DNA from: Eledone cirrhosa
Taxonomy: Eukaryota
DNA: 64,000 nt
Assembly (NCBI GenBank): GCA_964016885.1
Contig: OZ024741.1
Location: forward strand, 62,682,001-62,746,000
Direction: 5' to 3'
Position numbers and translations under genes: made by a program. The notes beneath the pieces were generated by a model. The model made no database searches and had not been told where the DNA came from. It saw only the letters and a program-made list of their open reading frames with translations. Positions 29,044-40,991 of this stretch are shown here, in pieces (position 1 is the stretch's first letter; every line of letters starts with the position of its first letter).

Positions 29044-31674
29044 TTAAATTAGCCATGTCAGCTCATTTCTCTCAGCCCGGTTGTTAAGTGGGGGTCTGAG
29101 GTTCTTAATAACAAGTGCTTCCTTTATCCTTAAGGATCCGATGCTGCGTTCAGTCGCTAGGACTGTGACCAAGGGTCTACCCTGTGGGTTTCCGCATTTA
29201 AGGATGTGTTTACGGAAGGAAGATGCGTTGGTGTTGATATGTTCCTTGATACGAACATGTAGGGGTCGGATGGTGCTACCTATGTAAAACTTGTTACATT
29301 TATCGCATTGAATCTTTTATACGACATAGGTGCGTAGGCAATCTGCCCCCCGTATCGGGCAGTTGCTGAGGGAACACGTCCCATCTGACTCGTCGGGTTT
29401 GTTGGAGAGGCATCTTGGCAGCGAAGGTCCTGTGTGGGCCAAATGTATGTCAAGTCCCTCCGTCCGTATGGCCCTGCGGATGGCGTTCGTGGTATATTCA
29501 CTCAGGTGGGGGATTTTAAAGAAGCACCTGCTTTTATTTAAGTTTCTAGTGGGTGTCTGTCTATTGGGTCTGGGGTCTCTAATTCCGTTAATCAGTCGCT
29601 TGGGATATCCATTAGACTTGAGTAGATTACGGAATTTCCTGGTATGGGTGAGACCACCCACCGGGTCGCTGCATCTGTTAGGGATCCGTGTCAATTCATT
29701 AAGGACATAGCCTCTCTTAGCGTTGTTGGGGAGGGCTGAGTTATAATGCACAAATAAATCCTTGCACGCTGCTTTCCGGTAGAAGGTGGTGTTTATGTCT
29801 CCTTCTTCCGAGATGTTGATACGGAAGTCGAGGAGGGCGAGTGACCCGTCTTCTCCTGGGTGTTCGATGGTGAAATCGACGTGATGGTCAGTATCGTTGA
29901 AGATTTGGTGAATTTCATTCGCGATCTCCCGGGAAGAAGTAAGTATCAGGATGTCATCAACGTATCTGGAGTAGAAGGCGACGGCGTTGGGTTGGCAGGT
30001 ATTGAGTGCCTTGCGTTCCAGGTGGTCCATGTACGAGATCGCAAGTATGCCGGATAGACTAGAGCCCATAGGCAGCCCAGAGATTTGTTTTGTACGTGTG
30101 GCCGAGGAAATTGAAGCGTGCATTATCCACAACGAAGGAGAGGAGTTGGTGGATGTCCGTGTGTGTGAGTCCGAAGCAGTGTAAGTTAGATGCTCGGACT
30201 CGTTCGGTCAACAGGTCGACGGCTGGGGATGCTGGTACGGAGGTATAAAGGGCGACCACATCAAGACTGAAGGCATAACCGTTGTCCTTTCTGGTGTTGG
30301 GCGCCAGATGGTGTAGTCGCTCCAAGACCTCCTTTGAGCTGCAGACGTGGGCTGGTAGTGTGTGTAGAATAGGTTTCAGTAGTGTGGAGAGCAGCCACGA
30401 TATTTTGTAGAGTGGGCCCTCCACGCTAGAGACAATGGGCCTGATTTTCAAATCGGGTCCTTGTTTATGTGTTTTAACCAGGTGGTAGAAGGTGGGTAGT
30501 TTGCTGTTTCGAGTCATTATGTTGTTTTTTACCTTCTTTGGCAGTTTTCGTTGGACACAGATGTTAGTCCATATGGTGTTAATGCCTTCCTCGATTAGAG
30601 TCGAGGAGGTCCCTGTGACTTTCGAGTAGAGGCTGTCGTCATTAAGATGTTGGAGAGCTAAGTTGTTGTAGGTCTCTCTCGAGATGACACAGAATTCTTT
30701 CCCCTTGTTCAAGGTTCCTGAATCTTAGGTTGGTGAGAGTATTAAATTGTGCATTGGTGAGGTTGCGTTTATTGTGTGTGTGTGTGTGTGTGTTGGGAAA
30801 GGATGTTAGAGATAGAATGTTTCAACCTGAGTAGTTTAGTGTCAAGTTCGTGGTTGGTGGGTGGGGGGTGGAGTGGGTTGTCGAGGTGGTACGTGGGGAG
30901 TGAGGGGTGGGTTGTAAGGTTGTAATCGATCTCGGTGTTGTTTTGGATGGCGGTTAGCCATTTCAGTTGATATGCTGTCCGACAGAAGTTGGTTTCGATG
31001 TCGAGTTTCAGTCTATCATCGAGACGCTGTGTAATGATGAACTTGGGTCCGAGGCGCAGAAGTTCGAGTTCGTCGTTGGTGAGGGTACCGGTTAGGTCGG
31101 TAACGAGGTGTGAAGCATCGTTGGTAGGTAGATCGCTGTTGGGGGGTGTAGCGGAGGGTGTTGTATAGCTGTTGCCCCTGGTGTGGTTGTAGTCGGTCCG
31201 TCTGTGGGAGCGGATGTTGTCATTGTAGTATTTGTTTACAGTCCATTCGTATTTCCGTATAAGGCGCTGTTTATCGTATTTGACTCTGGTGTGGTAACAC
31301 TGATCGATAGCTTTGCGTATTTCCTGGACCTGGTGGTCAGGGGTGAGGGTTGGAGCTATACGATCTATGTGCTCGGAAAGCGTTTGTATATGGAGTCGCA
31401 GTTGGTGGTGGTTGTGTCGTAGTATTTTCTTGATAAACGTGCGTTGAATGTGGCGGATGGTGTTTTCGAAGGATGGTGATCGTAAACATTCGGGTAGATG
31501 TATATTCCTGATGGTGGTTGGAATGATGTTGTTCTTTAGGCAGCGTTTTAAGAAGGTAATTTGGCAACCGAGTTTGGCACGATTCTCCGATAGTCTGAAT
31601 AGGTCCCTTATGGGTGCAAACAAGTCCTGGCTCAGGTGTAATGATAAGAGGGTGTTAAAGTTTGCTTGAAGCAT
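29044..31674 (-). pseudogene. Penelope polyprotein, copy 3 (disrupted)
   Basis: Near-identical; shared lesions plus a private ~14-bp deletion at ~30710. Confidence 0.93.
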
Positions 31675-32490
31675 TGTGAAATGTGTAAAATACGTAGTTT
31701 AGAAAGCCACAACAATGCAGACGGGAAATCTCGAGGTAGGAAGTGAATGATAGATAGGAGAAATAGGAGAAAGTGAAAATTGAGAGAGACAAAGATGAAA
31801 AGAAAACAAAGGTAGAAGGGTTACCGTAGTGGAGATTTATTCCCAATATTTCGGCTCACGCCCATCAACGGGGGAAAGTTCCAAAAAGGGGGGGGGGACA
31901 GGCTAAGCCGGAGAAAGTTGTGATGTCGTTAAAACAGGAATGCCGTTATGGGGAGAAAATTTAAATGAGGGAAAGAATGCGCGTGCGCGTGATAGGCTGT
32001 GGCAAAAGCTACTGACCAAATGGGTTAAATCAAGAGGGTGCGCTAGCGTGTGAAAGCCGTAAAATATGTGTGTGTAAATATATATGTGTGTGTAACTGTG
32101 TGTGTATATGTGTAAGTGTGTATATGTGTGAGTGTGTGTGTGTGTGAAAGATAGTGGGCTGTAGAAGCTGGAAATCAAAGGGTGTGAAAGGTGGTAGGTT
32201 GTAAAACATGTGTGCGTGTATAAATATAGATGTGTGTGTGTATGCGTATGGGTAAATATGTGTGTGTAACTGTGTGTATATATGTGTAAGTGTGTATATG
32301 TGTGAGTGCGTGTGTGTGTGAAAGATAGTGGGCTGTAGAAGCTGGAAATCAAAGGGTGTGAAAGGTGGTAGGTTGTAAAAACATGTGTGCGTGTATAAAT
32401 ATAGATGTGTGTGTGTATGCGTATGGGTATGCATATACGTGCGTGTGTGTGAAAATAGCAGGCCGTAAGGGCTGTGAATGGTCACTATGG

Positions 32491-35133
32491 TTAAATTAGC
32501 CATGTCAGCTCATTTCTCTCAGCCCGGTTGTTAAGTGGGGGTCTGAGGTTCTTAATAACAAGTGCTTCCTTTATCCTTAAGGATCCGATGCTGCGTTCAG
32601 TCGCTAGGACTGTGACCAAGGGTCTACCCTGTGGGTTTCCGCATTTAAGGATGTGTTTACGGAAGGAAGATGCGTTGGTGTTGATATGTTCCTTGATACG
32701 AACATGTAGGGGTCGGATGGTGCTACCTATGTAAAACTTGTTACATTTATCGCATTGAATCTTTTATACGACATAGGTGCGTAGGCAATCTGCCCCCGTA
32801 TCGGGCAGTTGCTGAGGGAACACGTCCCATCTGACTCGTCGGGTTTGTTGGAGAGGCATCTTCGCAGCGAAGGTCCTGTGTGGGCCAAATGTATGTCAAG
32901 TCCCTCCGTCCGTATGGCCCTGCGGATGGCGTTCGTGGTATATTCACTCAGGTGGGGGATTTTAAAGAAGCACCTGCTTTTATTTAAGTTTCTAGTGGGT
33001 GTCTGTCTATTGGGTCTGGGGTCTCTAATTCCGTTAATCAGTCGCTTGGGATATCCATTAGACTTGAGTAGATTACGGAATTTCCTGGTATGGGTGAGAC
33101 CACCCATCGGGTCGCTGCATCTGTTAGGGATCCGTGTCAATTCATTAAGGACATAGCCTCTCTTAGCGTTGTTGGGGAGGGCTGAGTTATAATGCACAAA
33201 TAAATCCTTGCACGCTGCTTTGCGGTGAAGGTGGTGTTTATGTCTCCTTCTTCCGAGATGTTGATACGGAAGTCGAGGAGGGCGAGTGACCCGTCTTCTC
33301 CTGGGTGTTCGATGGTGAAATCGACGTGATGGTCAGTATCGTTGAAGATTTGGTGAATTTCATTCGCCATCTCCCGGGAAGAAGTAAGTATCAGGATGTC
33401 ATCAACGTATCTGGAGTAGAAGGCGACGGCGTTGGGTTGGCAGGTATTGAGTGCCTTGCGTTCCAGGTGGTCCATGTACGAGATCGCAAGTATGCCGGAC
33501 AGACTAGAGCCCATAGGTAGCCCAGAGATTTGTTTTGTACGTGTGGCCGAGGAAATTGAAGAGTGCATTATTCACAACGAAGGAGAGGAGTTGGTGGATG
33601 TCCGTGTGTGTGAGTCCGAAGCAGTGTAAGTTAGATGCTCGGACTCGTTCGGTCAACAGGTCGACGGCTGGGGATGCTGGTACGGAGGTATAAAGGGCGA
33701 CCACATCAAGACTGAAGGCATAACCGTTGTCCTTTCTGGTGTTGGGCGCCAGATGGTGTAGTCGCTCCAAGACCTCCTTTGAGCTGCAGACGTGGGCTGG
33801 TAGTGTGTGTAGAATAGGTTTCAGTAGTGTGGAGAGCAGCCACGATATTTTGTAGAGTGGGCCCTCCACGCTAGAGACAATGGGCCTGATTTTCAAATCG
33901 GGTCCTTGTTTATGTGTTTTAACCAGGTGGTAGAAGGTGGGTAGTTTGCTGTTTCGAGTCATTATGTTGTTTTTTACCTTCTTTGGCAGTTTTCGTTGGA
34001 CACAGATGTTAGTCCATATGGTGTTAATGCCTTCCTCGATTAGAGTCGAGGAGGTCCCTGTGACTTTCGAGTAGAGGCTGTCGTCATTAAGATGTTGGAG
34101 AGCTAAGTTGTTGTAGGTCTCTCTCGAGATGACACAGAATTCTTTCCCCTTGTCAGAGGGAAGGTACACAAGGTTCCTGAATCTTAGGTTGGTGAGAGTA
34201 TTAAATTGTGCATTGGTGAGGTTGCGTTTATTGTGTGTGTGTGTGTGTGTGTTGGGAAAGGATGTTAGAGATAGAATGTTTCAACCTGAGTAGTTTAGTG
34301 TCAAGTTCGTGGTTGGTGGGTGGGGTGTGGAGTGGGTTGTCGAGGTGGTACGTGGGGAGTGAGGGGTGGGTTGTAAGGTTGTAATCGATCTCGGTGTTGT
34401 TTTGGATGGCGGTTAGCCATTTCAGTTGATATGCTGTCCGACAGAAGTTGGTTTCGATGTCGAGTTTCAGTCTATCATCGAGACGCTGTGTAATGATGAA
34501 CTTGGGTCCGAGGCGCAGAAGTTCGAGTTCGTCGTTGGTGAGGGTACCGGTTAGGTCGGTAACGAGGTGTGAAGCATCGTTGGTAGGTAGATCGCTGTTG
34601 GGGGGTGTAGCGGAGGGTGTTGTATAGCTGTTGCCCCTGGTGTGGTTGTAGTCGGTCCGTCTGTGGGAGCGGATGTTGTCATTGTAGTATTTGTTTACAG
34701 TCCATTCGTATTTCCGTATAAGGCGCTGTTTATCGTATTTGACTCTGGTGTGGTAACACTGATCGATAGCTTTGCGTATTTCCTGGACCTGGTGGTCAGG
34801 GGTGAGGGTTGGAGCTATACGATCTATGTGCTCGGAAAGCGTTTGTATATGGAGTCGCAGTTGGTGATGGTTGTGTCGTAGTATTTTCTTGATAAACGTG
34901 CGTTGAATGTGGCGGATGGTGTTTTCGAAGGATGGTGATCGTAAACATTCGGGTAGATGTATATTCCTGATGGTGGTTGGAATGATGTTGTTCTTTAGGC
35001 AGCGTTTTAAGAAGGTAATTTGGCAACCGAGTTTGGCACGATTCTCCGATAGTCTGAATAGGTCCCTTATGGGTGCAAACAAGTCCTGGCTCAGGTGTAA
35101 TGATAAGAGGGTGTTAAAGTTTGCTTGAAGCAT
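32491..35133 (-). pseudogene. Penelope polyprotein, copy 4 (disrupted)
   Basis: Near-identical; shared lesions plus private 1-bp deletions (~32795, ~33226). Confidence 0.93.
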
Positions 35134-36080
35134 TGTGAAATGTGTAAAATACGTAGTTTAGAAAGCCACAACAATGCAGACGGGAAATCTCGAGGTAGGA
35201 AGTGAATGATAGATAGGAGAAATAGGAGAAAGTGAATATTGAGAGAGACAAAGATGAAAACAAAACAAAGGTAGAAGGGTTACCGTAGTGGAGATTTAAT
35301 CCCAATATTTCGGGCTCACGCCCATCAACGGGGGAAAGTTCCGAAAAGGGGGGGAACAGGCTAAGCCGGAGAAAGTTGTGATGTCGTTAAAACAGGAATG
35401 CTGTTATGGGGAGAAAATTTAAATGAGGGAAAGAATGCGCGTGCGCGTGATAGGCTGTGGCAAAAGCTACTGACCAAATGGGTTAAATCAAGAGGGTGCG
35501 CTAGCGTGTGAAAGCCGTAAAATATGTGTGTGTAAATATATATGTGTGTGTAACTGTGTGTGTATATGTGTAAGTGTGTATATGTGTGAGTGTGTGTGTG
35601 TGTGAAAGATAGTGGGCTGTAGAAGCTGGAAATCAAAGGGTGTGAAAGGTGGTAGGTTGTAAAACATGTGTGCGTGTTACACACACATATATATTTACAC
35701 ACACATATTTTACGGCTTTCACACGCTAGCGCACCCTCTTGATTTAACCCATTTGGTCAGTAGCTTTTGCCACAGCCTATCACGCGCACGCGCATTCTTT
35801 CCCTCATTCAAATTTTCTCCCCATAACGGCATTCCTGTTTTAACGACATCACAACTTTCTCCGGCTTAGCCTGTCGCCCCCCCCTTTTTGGAACTTTCCC
35901 CCGTTGATGGGCGTTAGCCCGAAATATTGGGATTAAACCTCCACTACGGTAACCCTTCTACCTTTGTTTTGTTTTCATCTTTGTCTCTCTCAATTTTCAC
36001 TTTCTCCTATTTCTTCTATCTATCATTCACTTCCTACCTCGAGATTTCCCATCTGCATTGTTGTGGCTTTCTAAACTACG

Positions 36081-36155
<75 letters not shown>

Positions 36156-38448
36156 TATATACAAGATATGAAAAATATATCGAAAAACAGATTAATACAC
36201 ACAAGCATACAAACAAAGTAAACTCGTGTATAAAATATAGTCAGCTGAAATTAGAGACACCAAGCAAGAGAGATAACGCGAACCACAACGGATGAATCCA
36301 AAGAAAAATATATATATGAGAGAACTTCAACGGAATTGCTTATTAATTATACAGTGGTTCCCCTGCTGACATTAGTGAACTAAACTGAACCTATGCATGG
36401 CAGTTTCTTTCTTTGCAGCTAATTTAAATAATTAATTGTATCGGCTTTTTACAGAGGACAAACGGTTGGCTCTTAGCCAAGATGCAAGGCACGTATCAAA
36501 CTCAGTCAACTACAATTGTAATAAATGTCGCTTTGTTTTGCTCAATAGAAGAAAATCACGAAACAAATAATGACTTTTTGTTTTATTTTGCAATTACAAA
36601 TTTATAGACATTTATATTCAGATATAACTGATAATTTCCGACTATAACTGATCATTTCTTAAACGGATTCCCAACGCAATTATTTTTGGTAGACCCACTA
36701 ATAGTAAAGTGTGAAGTATTTTATTTACTTGCCTAAAGATCACGTCTTAATATAACACAATAAAATACTCCAGAACTGCTACTAAATTAAAACAAAAAAC
36801 ACGAAACGTATTTGAATTCCTTAAGTCTGCATAATTATAATTGTTTTTTCGGGGGAGGGGAGGGGGGGGGGTCATTGTTATAGCTTTCAGTTTCATATCC
36901 ATAATTTGGTTTTATTATCAAATATGAAATTGTTTTATCATATGAAATAAATTATTTATAACCATCAGATCATTTTGCTTTCTGCTAATATAATCGAATG
37001 ATTCAGAAAATTACCACATGAATTATATAAAGAAATAATGCTTTTTTTCTCTTTAGAAGTTTTTGTGTGTTTTACAGTATTACTTCTAGAAATAAACTGT
37101 TACGCACATGATGCATTTCAGTATGAAAGTTTATATGTAAATTCCCGGGATCAAATTCAATTGAATTTTACTATTCACCTAACTATCAATTGTTGCAGTT
37201 CGACGAATAGATAGAGGGTTGCGTTATTTAATAAAAAATTATTGTTTCTATATTAATGGGAAACATATTTACCTCACGCAGAATAAACCAACACATCTGT
37301 AAATAGATGTTACAATTCAGTGCTTCAAATAAACAGCCAGATCACAGTATTACCATCAGATAATTCTTCAGCTTGCATTGCTTAGTTCAAATGCATTTAA
37401 ATTCATTATGCGGTGGTTTCGTTTAAACAATACTATCACAGCCACTAGACACGAGGAGAACATAAGGTGAATGAATGTACAAAGCGCACCCATGTGATGG
37501 CGTGTCCCTCTCTTGCAAACAACCTCTATCTTTCAGGGCAATGGCAGATCCAGTACACTAAAGAACACCCCCTGCGCTAACCAAATCCCAAACTAGGTGT
37601 ATATTTCAGCTATTTACATTGCACTTACTCCTAAAACACGTATGTGACAGTCTTAAATGTCCTAATATCGATTTTCTCCACCATTTCTAATCCAAAGTCT
37701 TGTTTCATGTTTCACATTTAAAATATAAACTAGAGAGATGGCCACTGAATAAGCAGGGACGTTACGGGAAGCCGCAATCACAAACGGATTTTGAATTTAG
37801 TCTGAAAGTAGTTTCGTTCCGTTTTCGTCACTAATACTTAAGCACAATGTATGTTTGCAATAAATTCTATTCGTTCTAAAGGTGACATCTTTTGTAAGCT
37901 GTCTAAAGAACCCAATATTTTCAAATATAATAGTGTCGTACAGCAAGAGATAAGCTCATGACAAATAGAAATATGGATCGTATTTCGATTGCCTGTTTTA
38001 ATTATGCCACGCTAGGCATGTCATTAACGTTCCCTGAGAAAAGAATCATGGACATCACACAATGATGCTCATGGTTTTCTCAGAGCCTTGTACTTCCAAC
38101 ATAACTACAAGACATTAAACCTATAAAACAACATTAACAAATACAGCAGCAATAACAACAATAACAACGAAAGTAATAACATCAACAGCTAAGCATAAAA
38201 ACTTAAGCGGTCAACGAAACGTCCACCATTTTATGCTATTTCAATGTTATTTTAATATTTCGTTATTTTGTTGTAGAAATTACTGGCATCGTTTATAAAG
38301 CACAAATAACTTCAATGCTTACACTATGCAAATAATACTAATACCTTTTTATAATTGCTGTCGTTGTTTCTATTATTGCTTAGTCACTAATTCAGTGCCA
38401 ACCAAGAAGACAAATAATCAAAATCCTTACATGTGTAATTATTTCAAG

Positions 38449-38660
38449 TGGCAGATTAGCAGAATTGTTATTGTGTCGGAACAAAAGATTTAAATATTTT
38501 TTCCGGCTATTTACGTTCTGAGTTCAAATCCCATCGAGGTCGACATTGCTTTTCATCCCTCCGAGTTTGATAAAATAGTGTACTAATCATATACTTGGAT
38601 CGATTTAATCTATTTTTACCCTTACCCAAAATTGCTGGCCTTGTGCATAAATTCGAGAAT
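38449..38660 (+). mobile_element. Diverged Deu/Nin-domain SINE
   Basis: TGGCAGATTAGCAG head, GAGTTCAAATCC, GCTTTTCATCCCTCCGAG core, TTGCTGGCCTTGTGC tail. Confidence 0.75.
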
Positions 38661-38884
38661 ATTATATAAGTGAAATTTTATTTTCAGGCATAATTTATCT
38701 TAGATTACAATGCCAAATATATTGTTTCCGAAAAAAGAAAAAAGATGTAGTATGGAAATTGGGGAGATACTGGTACTGTTTATAACAGATGTAGATGCAT
38801 CGCAGAAACACACCATTTCGTTTGATTTTAAAATTGCGTTAGAATAAATTAACTGCTAGATTATCAATATCCAATATTAATATT

Positions 38885-39092
38885 GGTTTCTTATATAGAC
38901 ACAAGGCCAAAGATTTTTTGGGGAGGGGAAAGTTGATTAAATCGACTCCAGTGCGTTACTGGTGCTTTATTTTATCGACCCCGTAAGGATGAAAGGCAAA
39001 AGTAACCTGGGCGGCATGTGAATTGAGACCGCAAAGGGCCGTAACTTTATGCTGCAAAGTATGGTGTCCGACTCTCTACCGATACTGCCAAT
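38885..39092 (-). mobile_element. Deu/Nin-domain SINE with TSD
   Basis: Reverse-complement core ATCGACCCCGTAAGGATGAAAGGC; flanked by a CCAATATTAATATT duplication (38871-38884 / 39093-39106). Confidence 0.85.
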
Positions 39093-39112
39093 CCAATATT
39101 AATATTAAAAGG

Positions 39113-39325
39113 AGGGTGGGAGATTGACAGAATTGTTGGAAAATAGGACAGGATTTCTGCAGTTATTAGTTACGATCCTTTACGTTCCGAATTCAAATAC
39201 AACTGCGCTTAACTTTGCCATTAAACATTCCTTGATCGGTAAATTAAAGTAGTAGTCAAGTAGTTGAGTAGATTTAATCTATACCACATTTCCTGCAAAA
39301 TGAGTGGCTTTGTGCCCATGTTTAA
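39113..39325 (+). mobile_element. Highly diverged SINE of the same superfamily
   Basis: GGTGGGAGATTGACAGAATTG head, TTTACGTTCCGAATTCAAAT, GGCTTTGTGCC tail. Confidence 0.55.
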
Positions 39326-39706
39326 ATTGATGTTAATAAACAAAGGAGTGGTTTTCCAGGATGGTATTATGCATTAAGTTATTTACATTTTAAAAACTTC
39401 TCTTATCCACAGCAGGAATCTTTTTTCATTGAAGCAGTAGACATCTTTTCAAATAATTTGCTGGTAGATATTTCTGGTTCTGTCAGACATTGTAAGGAGA
39501 CTTGTCCACAGAATGCTAAATTCCAAATTCGTCTAGAAAATGAGAATAGTTAAAAAAATTGAAATTCTAGACATATAAGTTTTGCATTATCTTTCATCAT
39601 AATCGAATATACATGTATGTATTTGTTCTGATTTTGTGTTGTGTTCTTGGAAACTAACAATAGTAAAAACAAACAAAATATTTTTTTAAATGATAATCAC
39701 ATTAAC

Positions 39707-39892
39707 TGTTTCTACTTTTGGCACAAGGCCATCAATTACCCAGTGCATTACTGGTACTTTATTTTATCGACCCCGTAAGGATGAAAGGCAAAGTTAACCT
39801 CGGTGGGATTTGAACCCAGACCGCAAAGGGACGTAACTATGCTGGAAAGCATGGCATCCGACCCTCTACCGATACTGCCAAGCCACCACCAC
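39707..39892 (-). mobile_element. Full-length young Deu/Nin-domain SINE with TSD
   Basis: 19-bp TSD AAATGATAATCACATTAAC at 39688-39706 and 39893-39911. Confidence 0.9.
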
Positions 39893-40299
39893 AAATGATA
39901 ATCACATTAACACCAACATTTTACATATGACAATAACAACGATCACACAAACAACACGAAAAATATCAACAACAAAGAGGGCAAAGACACCAGTTCTAAA
40001 AAGACAACAACCACCGCAACCACCACAAAAATAACAATAATCACCGCAGGGAACCAACAACTACAGCAATTGAAACAACATCAACTGTAACAATAGCCGG
40101 AAATTCCGAAAGCAGTAAGAACCAAGACATGGAACATGACAAACAACAACAAAAATAGCAACAACAACAGTGTACTTCAAACATGAGTAATTGTCTGGGA
40201 TAGAACAGAAACATTATGTACTTTCATAAAAGGTCAAGTCGATGTGAAATTTCTTCCTAAATCAGGATGAAAGAATATTTATGGACAATGCTTCGAAAC

Positions 40300-40830
40300 T
40301 TCGAGTACGATTTGCCTTTACTCACGATTTCGATCCCAAACCTTACAACCCTCTCCAACACATCCTTGTAGTCAACAGCATTGAAACTTAAGACCAGAGA
40401 AAAGAAGTGAGAAGGTATGACATTTCCCTCGTTGTTTACAATTTTCAGAACTATCACAATTGCCAGAAATGTTGTGTACATTACAGTTGGAACATCTTTA
40501 GGGTATCTGCATAAACATCTGTCATTTCTTCGGTTGACCCTTTAGTCCTGATCAAAGTTTGTCTCACAAGAGAAAAACTAAAGCATCTCAGGCTCTTCAT
40601 GTTTCAACTTGTTCAAAAGGTGCTTTGCCCGGATCTGCATCACATATGATATGTATCGAAGGTCTACATGCACAACCCTTCCGATAGTGTACCTTAACAT
40701 CTTGAGAAACCTGGCAATGGTGTCAATTGAATTTATGGCGTTCTTATCCAAAAATCTTTTGCATCTTTTGTACGAACTTGGGTGTTCGGGTGGTATTAGG
40801 ACTCTTAGCAGGCATTTTAGCTGCTGCATA
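40300..40830 (-). pseudogene. Degenerate Tc1/mariner-superfamily (DD37D/maT-like) transposase fragment
   Basis: Translates to ...RAKHLLNKLKH...FFSCETNFDQD*RVNRRNDRCLC...VPTVMYTTFLAIVIVLKIVNNEGNVIPSHFF...NAVDYKDVLERVV, resembling the DD37D FSDEKNF..D..N..NDR / MVLG..S.EG..MPP.FF pattern. Confidence 0.65.
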
Positions 40831-40991
40831 ATTCCCGCCAGCGGCCTTTAGCTTTTTCCGAACTTTAACAACAAACAAATGTACAACTTTAAGGAGGTGA
40901 GCAATCTCTAAATCACTATGCTCTGCTTTAACCCTTTAGCCTTTAAACCAGCCATATCTGGCCAGAATTCTCTCACCTATTTCTATTCAAA

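Larger units (their letters stand above)
21273..36087 (-). mobile_element. Tandem array of four full-length Penelope-like retroelements plus a partial pLTR and an inverted 5' pLTR, inserted in (TA)n
   Basis: Units start at 21273, 24732, 28196, 31644 and 35103 (period 3448-3464 bp). Each has RT (GLPMG, YVDD) and GIY-YIG (FYIGST...R.KEH...KEAL...LN). Arms 35145-35553 and 35677-36087 are inverted. Confidence 0.95.

Noticed and set aside
21273-35677. Array read as an LTR retrotransposon or CRISPR-like repeat
   Set aside because: No gag/integrase, no TG..CA ends, no repeat-spacer pattern; RT plus GIY-YIG identifies Penelope.
36150-38440. Possible host exons in the repeat-poor stretches (also 15.5-21.2 kb)
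   Set aside because: No ORF or splice pattern I can support; small exons cannot be excluded without RNA-seq.
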